64,000 nucleotides of DNA. Source: Micrococcales bacterium UBA7469 (GTDB taxonomy: Bacteria; Actinomycetota; Actinomycetes; Actinomycetales; Microbacteriaceae). Shown here piece after piece: positions 29,212 to 40,829 of the stretch (its first letter is position 1; the number at the start of each line of letters is the position of its first letter). The stretch lies in assembly GCA_002479805.1 (NCBI GenBank), contig DLPB01000025.1:3625-67624 (forward strand). The letters are read 5' to 3'. A program made the translations under genes and the position numbers. The notes under the pieces were generated by a model that did not search any database, was not told where the DNA came from, and saw only the letters and a program-made list of their open reading frames with translations.

Positions 29212-30990
29212 ATGGGTTCACAAAAAGCGCTGAGTCGCAGACTCGGTGTATTTGCCCTGATCCTGATGATTATGGTGCTGGGCCTCGGCATTCGCCTGGT
29301 GGAGTACCAGGTGGTTCGAGCCGAGCAAATTCGCGAAGAATCATTCAAGTCTCGCTCCATCACTCAGACCCTGCCAGCACTCCGCGGTCAAATTCGCGAT
29401 GCCTCGGGGCAGGTTTTGGCTAGAACGGTTTTTAGGTATGACGTGAATGCCGCCCCAAAGAATGTCGGCAGCATTTTCAAAACTATCGATGGTGTAAAGA
29501 CCGAGCGCACCGTAGAGCAGATTGTGCTTGAGCTCGCGCCGCTGGTAGGACTTACTCCCGAGGAGCTCACCGCTCGGCTGGCCGGCGATAGCGAGTACTC
29601 CAACCTCGCCAAAAAGGTGGACGCCGAAACCTACAACGCAATTCGCGAACTTGGCATCCCCTGGATTTACTTTGACCCATTTGCCGACCGACTATATCCA
29701 AACGGCGCGGTAGCCGGAAACGTGCTTGGTTTCGTTGGCGCCGACGGTGCGCCACTGGCCGGGTTGGAGCGTCAGTACAACACCTGCCTTGCCGGCGTTG
29801 ATGGTCAGGAGACTTTTGAGCGCAGCGCAGAGGGTGTGCGCATCCCAACCTCAAATGTCACGACGCAGCCAACTCAAAACGGCGGCACACTAAATCTGAG
29901 CATCGATGCCAATCTGCAGTTCTTTGCTCAGCAGGTTTTGGCCGATACTGTAAACGACCTCGGTGCGCAGTGGGCGTCTGCGGTTGTTGTCGAAGTGGAG
30001 ACTGGTCGGCTATTGGCGGCTGCCGAAGCTCCATCGGTTGACCCAAACGATCCGGCAGCCTCGGATGCTGCCAACCGCGGTTCCAAGATTTTCCAAGCCG
30101 CCTTCGAACCCGGATCGATTATGAAGGCGCTCACCACGGCCATGATTTTGGACACCAAGACCGCGGATGCCTTCGATAAGGTCAAAGCCCCCGACTACAT
30201 GAAGCTAGATTTCGCAGGCGGCTGGATCAAGGACAGTTTCGGGCACGAGCCATACAACCTGACCCTGGGTGGCGTGCTTCGATTTTCGTCTAACACTGGA
30301 ATGTCTAACTTTGGTGTGAAAATCGACAAAGAGACTCGTTATAACTACCTGCAGAAATTTGGTTTTGGTTCGGTCAGCCCACTGCGCTTCGAGGGTGAAA
30401 GCTCCGGCATCTTGCACAACTACAAGGATTGGGACAAGATGACCAACTATGCGACCACCTACGGTCAGGGTATCTCGGTCACTGGCATTCAAATGGCCTA
30501 TGCCTATCAGGCGATGGCAAACGATGGCGTTCGACTTGACCCAATTCTGGTCGAGAACTGCATCGCTGAAGACGGCACCGTGCTTTACCAGCCCAAGCAA
30601 AATGCCACCCGGGTAGTCTCCAAGGAAACGGCGAACCTGAATCTAAACCTGATGGAAAAGGTTGTTGAGTTTGGTGGCGTCGGTCAAAATGCTGCAATTG
30701 ACGGATACCGAGTCGCGGGTAAGACCGGTACGGCGCAGATCAAGGACGGCTCCGGCTACGGATCGCAATTTGCCATTTCGTTTTATGGAATTGCGCCGGC
30801 GGAGAATCCAAAGTTTGTTGTTGGTATAACCATTTATAAGGCCGTCGGAGTTTCCAACTCGCTGCAGGCAACCTTCCCATTCAAGGCCATCATGCAGCAG
30901 GCTCTAAAGAGCTATCGCGTTCCGCCTTCGACCACCAAGTCACCAGATCTACCATCGGGCAAGTACGGTGAAGTCGAATCTCGCAACTAG
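29212..30990 (+). CDS. ftsI: Class B penicillin-binding protein (FtsI)
   Basis: N-terminal TM, EPGSIMK (SxxK), SSN, KTGTAQ. Confidence 0.93.
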   Translation: MGSQKALSRRLGVFALILMIMVLGLGIRLVEYQVVRAEQIREESFKSRSITQTLPALRGQIRDASGQVLARTVFRYDVNAAPKNVGSIFKTIDGVKTERTVEQIVLELAPLVGLTPEELTARLAGDSEYSNLAKKVDAETYNAIRELGIPWIYFDPFADRLYPNGAVAGNVLGFVGADGAPLAGLERQYNTCLAGVDGQETFERSAEGVRIPTSNVTTQPTQNGGTLNLSIDANLQFFAQQVLADTVNDLGAQWASAVVVEVETGRLLAAAEAPSVDPNDPAASDAANRGSKIFQAAFEPGSIMKALTTAMILDTKTADAFDKVKAPDYMKLDFAGGWIKDSFGHEPYNLTLGGVLRFSSNTGMSNFGVKIDKETRYNYLQKFGFGSVSPLRFEGESSGILHNYKDWDKMTNYATTYGQGISVTGIQMAYAYQAMANDGVRLDPILVENCIAEDGTVLYQPKQNATRVVSKETANLNLNLMEKVVEFGGVGQNAAIDGYRVAGKTGTAQIKDGSGYGSQFAISFYGIAPAENPKFVVGITIYKAVGVSNSLQATFPFKAIMQQALKSYRVPPSTTKSPDLPSGKYGEVESRN

Positions 30991-32389
30991 CACGCTGGCT
31001 CAGAAGTTCAATCTTTCTCACAGCGGTGCCGATGTACTAATTAGCTCAGTATCACTCGCTTCGGCACAGTGTGAGCCGGGCGCGCTATTTATTGCGACTG
31101 AGGGCGCAAAACACCACGGTTCAGAATTCTTAGACCAGGCGATTGCCAATGGTGCCGTTGCGGTGTTATCGGATAGGGAAATTGCCACCGAATTGCCACG
31201 ATTAATTCACCCCGAGCCAAAGGCAATTGCCGGTGCAATTTCCGATTTAGTGTTCGGGACCAGTGCATCAAACATGGAGCTGTTTGGCGTCACCGGAACC
31301 AACGGCAAGACCTCAACCACCAATTATTTGCATCAGCTTTTGATTGCATCAGGCCTCAAAGCTGGAATGAGTGCCTCCACAAGTCGAATCGTCGGTGATC
31401 GAGAACTGGCCGCGCAGTTGACTTCCCCTGAGGTCACCGAGCTGCACTGGCTGCTTGCTCAGATGCGCAAGGTGGGGGCAAATCACGCAGCTATCGAGGT
31501 ATCGGCGCAGGCTTTGATTCGACACCGGATCGATGGCATTCGGTTCGAGGTGGTTGGTTTTAGCAATTTGTCTCGCGACCACCTGGACGACTTCCAGGAC
31601 ATGGATCAGTACCTTGCTGCCAAGGCAAAGCTCTTCAGCCCCGATTACGCGCAGCGGGGCGTGGTGTTAGTGGAGGATGACTGGGCCAGAAAGCTCTATG
31701 AATCCGCCTCGATTCCAGTGGTTGGAATCGGTGCCGGCTGCGAGTATCAGTACAGCTATGACGATTCCATGCTGGAGATAACCGGTAAGCACAGCCTCAG
31801 CGTTGAATTCTCCCAGGGTGCCCTGATGGCTAAAAACTTGGTGCTGGCCCTGGTCATTCTTCTGGAGGCGGAATTTGAACCGCAAGCGCTGGCTGAGGCG
31901 GCAAAGTTTGCAGACCTGCATGTGCCAGGACGCTTGGAATTGGTGTCCGAGCTTAGGCCACATGTTTATGTCGACTATGCCCACACCCCAGCTGGTGTGG
32001 CGGGTGCAGTGGGTGAGATTAGAAAGCGCTATCCGACTCTAACTGTGGTTTTGGGGGCATCTGGCAATCGCGATCAAGGTAAGCGAACCGAGATGGGGCT
32101 GGCGGCAACCTCAGCCGATCTACTGATCATCACCGACCAACACCCGCGCGATGAGGATCCGGCGAGTATTAGACACGCCCTAGTTAGCGCAGCCTCAACC
32201 AAGCTTGAAGCAGGAAGAATCTTGGAGATTCCAGACCCAGCTACCGCAATCAAGCGAGCGATTAGCGAGACTCCAGCCGATGGGGCTGTGCTGTGGTGTG
32301 GGCCGGGTCACCTGACCTATCGAGAGATTCGAGGCGAAAAAGTGCCATTTGACGCAAGAGCCATTGCGAGAGCGGCGGTGCAGTCGTGA
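30968..32389 (+). CDS. murE: UDP-MurNAc-dipeptide amino acid ligase MurE
   Basis: GVTGTNGKT, SRDHLD, VPGRLE, VDYAHT; dcw position. Confidence 0.9.
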   Translation: MKSNLATSTLAQKFNLSHSGADVLISSVSLASAQCEPGALFIATEGAKHHGSEFLDQAIANGAVAVLSDREIATELPRLIHPEPKAIAGAISDLVFGTSASNMELFGVTGTNGKTSTTNYLHQLLIASGLKAGMSASTSRIVGDRELAAQLTSPEVTELHWLLAQMRKVGANHAAIEVSAQALIRHRIDGIRFEVVGFSNLSRDHLDDFQDMDQYLAAKAKLFSPDYAQRGVVLVEDDWARKLYESASIPVVGIGAGCEYQYSYDDSMLEITGKHSLSVEFSQGALMAKNLVLALVILLEAEFEPQALAEAAKFADLHVPGRLELVSELRPHVYVDYAHTPAGVAGAVGEIRKRYPTLTVVLGASGNRDQGKRTEMGLAATSADLLIITDQHPRDEDPASIRHALVSAASTKLEAGRILEIPDPATAIKRAISETPADGAVLWCGPGHLTYREIRGEKVPFDARAIARAAVQS

Positions 32390-33777
32390 TTGAGCTGTCG
32401 CTTGCCGATATCGCAAATGCCATAGGCGGCAAGATCGTTGTTGGGGAGCCGACCCTGAGAGTTTCTGGTCTGCCAGACACAGACTCGCGCGCCCTTGAAA
32501 CCGGCGGTATTTTCTTTGCCAAACTGGGCGAGCACGATGACGGTCACCGTTACTTGGAGCAAGTGTCCCATACTGCGGCAGCTGCTGTAGTTTCCACCCC
32601 AAATCTGGCGCTCGCACTGCCTCAAATTCAGGTGTCAGACACCGTTAGGGCGCTCACCGATCTTGCCAAGTACGTTCTGCAGTCGGTTCGGGCATCGGGG
32701 ACGCTCAAGGTGGTTGGAATCACCGGCTCGAATGGTAAAACCTCGACCAAAAATATGCTTCGGGAAATTCTCTCCAGGGTGGGGCCCACCGTCGCGCCGC
32801 GGGATTCTTTCAATAATGAGGTGGGTCTGCCGCTGACCGTTCTGCGCCTTCAGCAGGACACCCAGTTTTTGGTGCTTGAGCTGGGAGCTGCCGGGCCTGG
32901 CTCGATTGCTGCGCTAGCCAGCTGGTGCGTTCCCGATATCGGTGTTGAACTAAAGGTTGGTTTGGCTCACGCTGGAGCATTCGGCGGTATCGATGTAACT
33001 GCCCAGATCAAACGTGAAATGGTGCCATTCATTCAAAAGACTGCGATTTTGAATGAGGATGACCCGGTGGTTAGAGGATTTGAGCCAAATCCAGGTGTCA
33101 AGCGCGTAAGTTTTGGATTTGCTAGGGAAGCGGACTTTGAAATCAAATCGGCTGGGCTAACGCTGCCCGGCACTCAACTCGCCATCAAATATCCCGATGG
33201 TGAGGTGCACGAACTCACTCTGAAGATGCTCGGTGAGCACCAGGCCATGAACGTATCGGCCGCTTTGGCAGTAGCTTACGAGCTTGGCGTTCCAACCCAG
33301 GTCGCAATTCAAGCCGTTTCTGAAATGGAGATGGCAGAGCGCTGGCGAATGCAGCTGATAAAGCGTGCGGACGGCGTCTACATCATCAATGATGCGTACA
33401 ACGCATCGCCAGATTCCATGCGGGCAGCATTACAGACGCTTGCCACCCTGGGTCGACAGGGTCACCGCACCATTGCGGTGTTGGGTCAGATGGCAGAGCT
33501 TGGGCCATACGCCACCGAAGAGCATGATCAGCTAGGTCGTTTAGTTGTGCGCTACAACATCGATCAGCTCTACGTGGTTGGTCAAGAAGCCAAACTGATT
33601 CACATGGGAGCCACCCAGGAGGGTAGCTGGGATGGCGAATCTGTGTTTTGCGAGACAATCAACGCGGCTTTTGAGGCCATTCATGACAAGCTTTCTCCCG
33701 GCGACATCGTGCTGGTGAAATCCAGCAACATCGCCGGTTTGAGATTTTTGGGCGACGAGTTGGCGGGTGTGAAGTGA
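32386..33777 (+). CDS. murF: UDP-MurNAc-tripeptide--D-Ala-D-Ala ligase
   Basis: [40 protein letters not shown]. Confidence 0.95.
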   Translation: MIELSLADIANAIGGKIVVGEPTLRVSGLPDTDSRALETGGIFFAKLGEHDDGHRYLEQVSHTAAAAVVSTPNLALALPQIQVSDTVRALTDLAKYVLQSVRASGTLKVVGITGSNGKTSTKNMLREILSRVGPTVAPRDSFNNEVGLPLTVLRLQQDTQFLVLELGAAGPGSIAALASWCVPDIGVELKVGLAHAGAFGGIDVTAQIKREMVPFIQKTAILNEDDPVVRGFEPNPGVKRVSFGFAREADFEIKSAGLTLPGTQLAIKYPDGEVHELTLKMLGEHQAMNVSAALAVAYELGVPTQVAIQAVSEMEMAERWRMQLIKRADGVYIINDAYNASPDSMRAALQTLATLGRQGHRTIAVLGQMAELGPYATEEHDQLGRLVVRYNIDQLYVVGQEAKLIHMGATQEGSWDGESVFCETINAAFEAIHDKLSPGDIVLVKSSNIAGLRFLGDELAGVK

Positions 33778-34877
33778 GAGCCTTACTTGCATCAGGCGGC
33801 ATTGCGCTATTTATTTCGCTGTTTGCCACCCCCGGGTTTATTTGGCTCTTTAAGAACTTGCAGTGGGGTCAGTTCATCCGTGATGATGGCCCGCAGACGC
33901 ACCACACCAAGCGCGGTACCCCAACCATGGGCGGTATCGTCATTCTGCTTGCTGCCACGATTGCCTACTTTTTAGCGAAGTTCATCAATGGCGAGACTCC
34001 ATCGGCTTCCGCGCTGTTGGTTATTTTGATGATGCTCGGGCTTGGTCTGGTCGGCTTCATCGATGACTTTTTGAAGGTGAGAAATCAGCGCAGCCTTGGT
34101 CTAACCGGCTGGGCAAAAATCGGCGGTCAGGTAGTGGTTGCGATAATTTTCGCAATCCTTGCCTTGGGTTTCCCCGATGAGGATGGTCTAACCCCGGCCT
34201 CCACGGCAATCTCGTTGTTTAGAGATTTGCCGATTGATCTGTTTATTTGGGGTTCGGTTATCGGAATGGGCCTGTTTATCGCCTGGATTTCGCTTTTGGT
34301 CACCAGCGCATCTAACGGCGTGAACATCGCTGATGGCCTAGATGGTTTGGCTTCTGGTTCAGCGATTATGGCTATCGGAGCCTATGTTGTAATCGGTTTT
34401 TGGCAGTTCAACCAAAGTTGCGCCACCGTCACGGAGAACCTCTCCTCCTGCTACAACGTTCGTGATCCGCTAGACCTCGCGGTCATCGCGGCTGCCATCG
34501 TGGGTGCCTGTGTCGGGTTTTTGTGGTGGAACACCTCACCAGCCCAGATTTTCATGGGCGATGTTGGCTCGCTTGGGCTCGGTGGCGCCTTGGCGGCACT
34601 CGCTATCTTGTCCCGCACCGAATTGCTCTTGGTGCTTATCGGCGGAATCTTTGTCATCGTGACCGGTTCGGTTGTGATTCAGCGAGTGTTTTTCAAGATC
34701 ACCAAGTGGCGCACCGGAACCGGAAAACGCGTCTTTCTGATGTCACCGTTGCATCACCACTTTGAGCTCAAGGGCTGGGCCGAAATCACCGTGGTGGTGA
34801 GATTTTGGATCATCGCGGCGCTTTGCGTGATCAGCGGAGTCGGTCTGTTCTACGTGGAGTGGATCTACGGCATATGA
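33774..34877 (+). CDS. mraY: Phospho-MurNAc-pentapeptide transferase
   Basis: [36 protein letters not shown]. Confidence 0.98.
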   Translation: MRALLASGGIALFISLFATPGFIWLFKNLQWGQFIRDDGPQTHHTKRGTPTMGGIVILLAATIAYFLAKFINGETPSASALLVILMMLGLGLVGFIDDFLKVRNQRSLGLTGWAKIGGQVVVAIIFAILALGFPDEDGLTPASTAISLFRDLPIDLFIWGSVIGMGLFIAWISLLVTSASNGVNIADGLDGLASGSAIMAIGAYVVIGFWQFNQSCATVTENLSSCYNVRDPLDLAVIAAAIVGACVGFLWWNTSPAQIFMGDVGSLGLGGALAALAILSRTELLLVLIGGIFVIVTGSVVIQRVFFKITKWRTGTGKRVFLMSPLHHHFELKGWAEITVVVRFWIIAALCVISGVGLFYVEWIYGI

Positions 34878-36310
34878 TCGCGCAGGGCAGCTGGCACGAT
34901 GATTGGGCTGGACTGCACGTTGCAGTCTTAGGTCTTGGGAAATCTGGATTCTCGGTGGCGGACACGCTCTGTGAACTTGGTGCCAACGTCACCGTTTTCG
35001 CGCAATCGGCCAGTGCGCAATACAGCGAATTACTAGAGGTAATTGGAGCAAAACTGGTGCTCTCAGATTCGGTCGAAGCGCTATCGCAGCTTGAGAGCAT
35101 CGATTTCGCAGTGGTTTCACCTGGATTTGCACCAAGCCACCCAGCTATCCAGTGGCTGGGGGAGCGGGGAATTGCCCTGCTGACCGATATCGACCTTGCT
35201 TGGCGATTGCGGGATAAGACTTCAAAGATTGCCAGGTGGCTCACCATCACCGGCACCAACGGAAAGACCACCACCACCGAGCTGGTCACCCACATGCTGC
35301 AAACCGCAGGATTGCGAGCTATAGCCTGCGGAAATATCGGGAACCCAATTCTGGATGCCGTTCGAGACCCAGAGGGCTATGACTATTTTGTGCTGGAAAT
35401 CTCCTCGTTCCAATTGCACTACAGCGGAGAATTCAATCCAGTTGCCAGCGCTTTCCTGAACCTTGCCCCAGACCACATCGACTGGCACGGCAGCGAGCAG
35501 GCGTATTTCGAGGCCAAGGCCAAGGTTTATCAAGGCACAGAGCTTGCGATTGTTTACAACGCTGAAGATTCGAAGACTCTACAGGCCGCCGAGGCAGCGG
35601 ATGTGGTTGAGGGCTGTCGAGCAGTTGCCTTCACAACCGCAATGCCGAGTGTCAGCATGGTGGGTTACGTCGAAGAATTTTTAGTGGATCGCGCTTTCAC
35701 CACTGAGCGGTACTCGGCGGCACTGGAAATCGCCGATGATTCAGATTTGGCCGCCATCGGAGTTGTCAGTGATCACCTGAAGGCCAATGTGGCGGCGGCT
35801 ACGGCACTGGCTAGGGCAGTTGATGTCGAACCAGCAGCGATAAAGCGGGCGATTGCCAGCTTTGTGCTCTCGCCGCATCGAATTCAGCGAGTTATCGAGC
35901 ACCAAGGGGTGCTGTTCATTGATGATTCAAAAGCCACCAATGCGCACGCTGCCAATGCATCGCTTGCGAGTTTTGATTCCATCGTTTGGATTGTTGGAGG
36001 TTTGCTAAAGGGCGTTGACCCAACACCGCTGCTTTTGGAGCACGGCGGCAAACTCAGGGCTGCAGTTGTCATTGGTGCCGACACGCAGCAGCTTGAGTCG
36101 CTCTTTGCCACCCACCTTCCGGGCTTACCTCTTAGAGTGATTTCTGGGGAGCGGGTTATGGAGCAGGCAGTTGCGGCAGCGCTTGATTTTGCTCAGCCCA
36201 AAGACACCGTTTTGCTTGCCCCGGCGGCGGCATCAATGGATCAGTTCCGGGACTACGCCGACCGTGGTAATCAGTTCCAGGCGGAGGTTAGAAGGCAGGT
36301 GATGAAGTGA
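34874..36310 (+). CDS. murD: UDP-MurNAc-amino acid--D-glutamate ligase
   Basis: [40 protein letters not shown]; start moved to ATG 34874. Confidence 0.95.
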   Translation: MIAQGSWHDDWAGLHVAVLGLGKSGFSVADTLCELGANVTVFAQSASAQYSELLEVIGAKLVLSDSVEALSQLESIDFAVVSPGFAPSHPAIQWLGERGIALLTDIDLAWRLRDKTSKIARWLTITGTNGKTTTTELVTHMLQTAGLRAIACGNIGNPILDAVRDPEGYDYFVLEISSFQLHYSGEFNPVASAFLNLAPDHIDWHGSEQAYFEAKAKVYQGTELAIVYNAEDSKTLQAAEAADVVEGCRAVAFTTAMPSVSMVGYVEEFLVDRAFTTERYSAALEIADDSDLAAIGVVSDHLKANVAAATALARAVDVEPAAIKRAIASFVLSPHRIQRVIEHQGVLFIDDSKATNAHAANASLASFDSIVWIVGGLLKGVDPTPLLLEHGGKLRAAVVIGADTQQLESLFATHLPGLPLRVISGERVMEQAVAAALDFAQPKDTVLLAPAAASMDQFRDYADRGNQFQAEVRRQVMK

Positions 36311-37455
36311 CAAACATAAAGGAAATGCTGCAGCCTAAGCTGCACGCTCAGTCTCGTCAGTTCTTCTCGCTGCTTGCACTGACACTGGCAACCGTCGCCA
36401 TCGGACTAACCATGGTGGCAAGCGCCTCTGCGGTTGACGCTTTCAAAGAGACCTCGAATGCGGCTGCAATCTTTCTAAAGCAGGGCGGATACGCACTAAT
36501 CGGGCTTACTTTCATGCTGATCATCTCGAATCTCTCGATGGACATCATGCGCAGGTTCGCCATGCTCGGGTTATTTGTCACGATGGGTGCGCAGGCTGCC
36601 ACGGTTTTAATTGGTCAGGAGATTAACGGAAACCGAAACTGGCTGAGCTTCGGTGCTTTCGGTGTGCAGCCATCAGAGTTTCTAAAACTGGGTTTAATTG
36701 TTGCGCTCTCGCTGCAGCTATCCCAACTCACCGGCTATCCGGAAGACGATGATCCAATCTGGCGCAGGGTCTGGTTGTTCTCTGCGGTAAGCGTTGGCAT
36801 GGTTGCAGTGCTCAGTAAGGACATGGGTTCCGGCATCATCATGGTGGTGCTGCTTTTGGGTCTCTACCTAATAGCTGGCATTAAGACTTCCCACATCATG
36901 ACCATCATCATCGCTGGTCTCGCGGCGGCGGTATTTTTGGTTACCAGCTCGGCTTCCCGCAGGGTTCGTTTTGATGCCTGGCTAAACCCGGAGGCCGCCG
37001 ACCCAATGGGCGTGAACTGGCAGTTTGAGAAGGGCACCTGGGCGCTGGCATCCGGTGGCATCTTCGGGACCGGGCTGGGTAGATCCAAGCTCAAATGGAG
37101 CTGGATTCCCGAGGTTGAGAATGACTTTATCTTCGCGATTATTGGCGAAGAACTGGGACTGATTGGTGCCCTGTTGGTTGTGGCGCTGTTCTTGGCGCTT
37201 GGCTTGGTGATGTTCAACATCGCCAGGTTGCAAACCGATCCATTCAACCGCAACCTGGTGGTCGGTGTGATGTTCTGGATTGTGATTCAGGCCTTTATCA
37301 ACATGGGTGTAGTGGTGGGACTGTTCCCAGTCCTCGGCGTCACATTGCCGCTGATCTCAGCCGGTGGTTCATCGCTGATCGCATCGCTGATGGCAATCGG
37401 CGTGGTGCTCGCGGTTGAACGCGACAGAGCAGCAAACCTAGGTCGGCGCCGGTGA
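36307..37455 (+). CDS. ftsW: Peptidoglycan glycosyltransferase FtsW
   Basis: NGNRNWL, QPSEFLK, NDFIFAIIGEELG, LPLISAGGSS. Confidence 0.95.
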   Translation: MTNIKEMLQPKLHAQSRQFFSLLALTLATVAIGLTMVASASAVDAFKETSNAAAIFLKQGGYALIGLTFMLIISNLSMDIMRRFAMLGLFVTMGAQAATVLIGQEINGNRNWLSFGAFGVQPSEFLKLGLIVALSLQLSQLTGYPEDDDPIWRRVWLFSAVSVGMVAVLSKDMGSGIIMVVLLLGLYLIAGIKTSHIMTIIIAGLAAAVFLVTSSASRRVRFDAWLNPEAADPMGVNWQFEKGTWALASGGIFGTGLGRSKLKWSWIPEVENDFIFAIIGEELGLIGALLVVALFLALGLVMFNIARLQTDPFNRNLVVGVMFWIVIQAFINMGVVVGLFPVLGVTLPLISAGGSSLIASLMAIGVVLAVERDRAANLGRRR

Positions 37456-38531
37456 CAAAGTTTTTACTGGCCGGTGGTGGTACGGCCGGGCATGTGAATC
37501 CAATGCTGGCTCTGGCTCAGTCGCTGCGGAGTCTGGATCATCAGGTGATCACGCTTGGCACCAAGGAGGGCCTCGAGGCCAGGCTGGTTCCGCAGCGCGG
37601 ATTTGAGCTACTAACCATCGAGCGATTACCTTTCCCAAGAAAGCCATCCGGTTACGCACTATTTTTCCCGCTGCGGTTTGCTAAGGCTGTCGCCGATGTC
37701 ATGGGGATGCTTAGAAAGCATGAAATTGATGCGGTAGTGGGATTTGGGGGGTATGCATCGGCTCCCGCCTATGTGGCAGCGTTTCTATCCCGCAAGCCAC
37801 TGGTGATTCACGAGGCGAATGCCCTTGCCGGAATCGCCAATCGAATTGGCGCCAAACTCACCAAGCACATTGCGGTTGCCTTTAACAACAGCGACCTATC
37901 GCCGGCTGCGATTACCGGTATGCCTCTGCGCCCGGAAATTGTCCAGTCGGTTTTGGGTTATGACAAAGAGCAGGCTCGTCTTGAGCTTGGTCTAAATCCT
38001 TTCATGACCACATTGCTGGTGACTGGCGGGTCACTTGGAGCGAAGAGCATCAACGATGCGGTTATTGAATCCAGGGCGGTACTCAATGCCGCGGGAATCC
38101 AAATTCTTCACATCGTGGGCGATCGCGCCAACTTGCCAGAAGTCTCCGAATCTGGTTATCACCGGATTGCCTACTGCGATCGAATGGATGCCGCCATCGC
38201 TGCCGCCGACATGGCGCTTTCGAGAGCAGGCAGTTCAACTGTGAGTGAATTTTCAGCCTGCGGACTGCCGGCGATCTATGTGCCGTATCCGGTTGGCAAC
38301 GGTGAGCAGAAGTTCAATGCGGAGACTGTGGTGCAGGCCGGTGGCGGCAAAATAGTCGTCGATAGCGACTTCACCCCGGATTACATTTCGGGGGAGTTGA
38401 TTCCGATCATGAGCCACAGTTCCTCACTTCGTCGCATGGCCGAGGCCGCAAAATCAGTGGGAATTCCCGACGCCACCGAGCGGCTACGCGATCTAGTGCT
38501 TGCGGCAGTGAATACTAATACCCGTGATTAA
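37452..38531 (+). CDS. murG: Lipid II GlcNAc transferase MurG
   Basis: [31 protein letters not shown]. Confidence 0.97.
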   Translation: MTKFLLAGGGTAGHVNPMLALAQSLRSLDHQVITLGTKEGLEARLVPQRGFELLTIERLPFPRKPSGYALFFPLRFAKAVADVMGMLRKHEIDAVVGFGGYASAPAYVAAFLSRKPLVIHEANALAGIANRIGAKLTKHIAVAFNNSDLSPAAITGMPLRPEIVQSVLGYDKEQARLELGLNPFMTTLLVTGGSLGAKSINDAVIESRAVLNAAGIQILHIVGDRANLPEVSESGYHRIAYCDRMDAAIAAADMALSRAGSSTVSEFSACGLPAIYVPYPVGNGEQKFNAETVVQAGGGKIVVDSDFTPDYISGELIPIMSHSSSLRRMAEAAKSVGIPDATERLRDLVLAAVNTNTRD

Positions 38532-39912
38532 GCCAGACTTCTCCCAGCCCATCCCAGACAACCTCGGCACCGTGCACTTTATCGGCATCGGTGGCAGCGG
38601 CATGTCCGGAATTGCCCGCTTGACATTGGGGATGGGACACAAAGTCACCGGCTCTGATTTGCGTGACACCTCGAACGTCAAGGCACTTCGCGAGCTTGGC
38701 GCAGAGATTCACATCGGGCACGCTGCCGAAAACCTTGGTAACCCTGACACTGTGGTGGTTACCAGTGCGCTGTGGCCGACCAATCCGGAGCTGCTGTTGG
38801 CGCAGGAAAAGGGATTGCCGATTCTGCACCGATCTGCGCTGCTTGCACACCTGGCATCTCGCGGCAAGCTGATTGCGGTGGCCGGAGCGCATGGCAAGAC
38901 CACCTCGACCGGCATGGTGATTACCGCCCTGAATCGACTCGGTGCGGACCCAAGCTTCGTAAACGGCGGTGTGATTCAGGAGTATGGCGCATCGGCTGGA
39001 TTCGGCAAGGGTGAGTACTTCGTGATTGAGGCTGATGAATCCGATAGTTCGTTCCTGCATTACAAAACCGAGGTTGCGCTAATCACTAACGTTGACCCCG
39101 ATCACCTCGACCACTTTGGTTCACTCGATGCATTCGAGGGTGAATTTGCCAAATTTGCCGATGCCGCTGGCACTCTGGTGGCAATCTCCAGCGATGACCC
39201 CGGTGCAGTTCGAGTTACCAAGCGCCTAAAGCATCAAAAGGTCATCACCTTCGGTGCTGCCCCCGATGCCGATGTTCAGGTTCGAGACGTCTTGGCCGCG
39301 AGTGGAAACGTGTCATTTGAGTTGGTTTATCAGGGAGCAAGCGTTTCGATTGCACTGAACATCCCGGGTCATCACAACGCACTAAACGCCGCCGGAGCGG
39401 TTGCCGTGCTGGTGGGACTGGGCTTTGATTTTGCCGAATCTGCCCAAGCGGTAGCGCACTTTTCCGGCACCGAGCGCCGTTTTGAACTGCACGGCGAGCG
39501 CAGGGGAGTGCGGGTTTACGATGACTTCGCTCACCACCCGACCGAGGTAGCGGCTGCCCTGACGGCAGCTCGGGCGGTAGTTGGCGAGGGCAAGCTAATA
39601 ACGGTTTTCCAGCCTCACCTCTACTCCAGAACCCGCATCTTTCAGGCGGAATTCGCGCAGGCTCTTGCACTGAGTGACCAGGTGGTTTGCCTTGATATTT
39701 ATGCGGCTCGCGAGGATCCAGAACCGGGCGTGACCGGCGCCTTGATCGCAGATCGATTCGAAGACCAATCCCGCATGCACTACGTGCCGAACTGGGACGA
39801 TGTGCCAGCGGTAGCCGCAGGTCTCGCGCAAGCTGGCGACTTCATCATCACCATGGGGTGCGGAGACATTTATCGCATGGTCCCAGGGCTGCTTGAGGCC
39901 TTGGAGGCCTAA
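38524..39912 (+). CDS. murC: UDP-MurNAc--amino acid ligase MurC
   Basis: [43 protein letters not shown]. Confidence 0.97.
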   Translation: MIKPDFSQPIPDNLGTVHFIGIGGSGMSGIARLTLGMGHKVTGSDLRDTSNVKALRELGAEIHIGHAAENLGNPDTVVVTSALWPTNPELLLAQEKGLPILHRSALLAHLASRGKLIAVAGAHGKTTSTGMVITALNRLGADPSFVNGGVIQEYGASAGFGKGEYFVIEADESDSSFLHYKTEVALITNVDPDHLDHFGSLDAFEGEFAKFADAAGTLVAISSDDPGAVRVTKRLKHQKVITFGAAPDADVQVRDVLAASGNVSFELVYQGASVSIALNIPGHHNALNAAGAVAVLVGLGFDFAESAQAVAHFSGTERRFELHGERRGVRVYDDFAHHPTEVAAALTAARAVVGEGKLITVFQPHLYSRTRIFQAEFAQALALSDQVVCLDIYAAREDPEPGVTGALIADRFEDQSRMHYVPNWDDVPAVAAGLAQAGDFIITMGCGDIYRMVPGLLEALEA

Positions 39913-40692
39913 TTGAAGAAACCTGAGCGTGAGCTTCTGGGTCGGGAAATAAAGCGCGTAAAAGTAAGTTCCAAGCCCGCCAAGCCAAAAAGATCGAAAG
40001 CCTCCGGCTTTCGCATTCTCGGCAGGGCGCTTTTCATCGCTGGCCCGGTAGCTCTGGTCCTGCTCGTCGTGGCAACTTTCTTCACGCCGCTGTTGGCAAT
40101 CGAGCAGATTAAAGTAAGTGGCAACGATCGAATCAAGGCCAGCAAGGTTATGGGGGCACTTGAGGAGCTGGCCGGTCAACCACTGACCACAGTGTCGCAA
40201 GATCGAGTTGCAGAGTTGCTCAAAGACTTCGCACTAATCGAGACCTTCACGCTCCAGGCCGAACCCCCTCACACCTTGACCGTAAAGATCAGGGAGCGTC
40301 AGCCGGTTGTGATTTTGGTTCGGGGTGGCAAAAACTATCTTTACGACGCGGCTGGAGTGCGCATCGATGTAGCCTCGGCAAAGGACAAGTACCCCTACTT
40401 CCGGTTTACGGCTGATCCGTTGAAGGACAAAAAATACAAAACCGCGATGGAGGTGCTGCTATCACTACCGGTAGCCACCTACAAGCAGGTTTTCTCAATC
40501 CAGGTCAGCGATCAGCTCACCACTGATCTGATCTTGCGCAAGAGCGATACGCGCGTGATTTGGGGCAATGCAAAGCAGGGGATCCTGAAGGCCGAGGTGC
40601 TGAACTCTTTGATTGCAACTGGAGTGAAGGCCGGGGTAACAATCGATGTGTCCTCGCCAAAAGCACCCGTGGTTACCTACCCAAACTACTGA
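39913..40692 (+). CDS. ftsQ: Cell division protein FtsQ/DivIB
   Basis: Basic N-terminus, TM, POTRA-like region, PHTLTVKIRER, IDVSSP; between murC and ftsZ. Confidence 0.88.
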   Translation: MKKPERELLGREIKRVKVSSKPAKPKRSKASGFRILGRALFIAGPVALVLLVVATFFTPLLAIEQIKVSGNDRIKASKVMGALEELAGQPLTTVSQDRVAELLKDFALIETFTLQAEPPHTLTVKIRERQPVVILVRGGKNYLYDAAGVRIDVASAKDKYPYFRFTADPLKDKKYKTAMEVLLSLPVATYKQVFSIQVSDQLTTDLILRKSDTRVIWGNAKQGILKAEVLNSLIATGVKAGVTIDVSSPKAPVVTYPNY

Positions 40693-40705
40693 TCCGACTC
40701 ATTTG

Positions 40706-40811
40706 CGACACGCCCGAGATCCTCGAGCAAATCAAGCCAATCGGGGCCTAACTTCTTCGCGCAAATTGAATTCGTCTCAAAAGGTTAAGCCTCAGCCTTA
40801 ACTTGAGAGTT
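40706..40811 (+). promoter_or_regulatory. ftsZ promoter region with GACAC motif and FtsR-type imperfect palindrome
   Basis: CGACACGCC at 40706; AAGCCTCAGCCTTAACTTGAGAGTT at 40787-40811 (CTCA-N9-TGAG). Confidence 0.55.
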
Positions 40812-40829
40812 TTCACAAGGAGGAACAGC

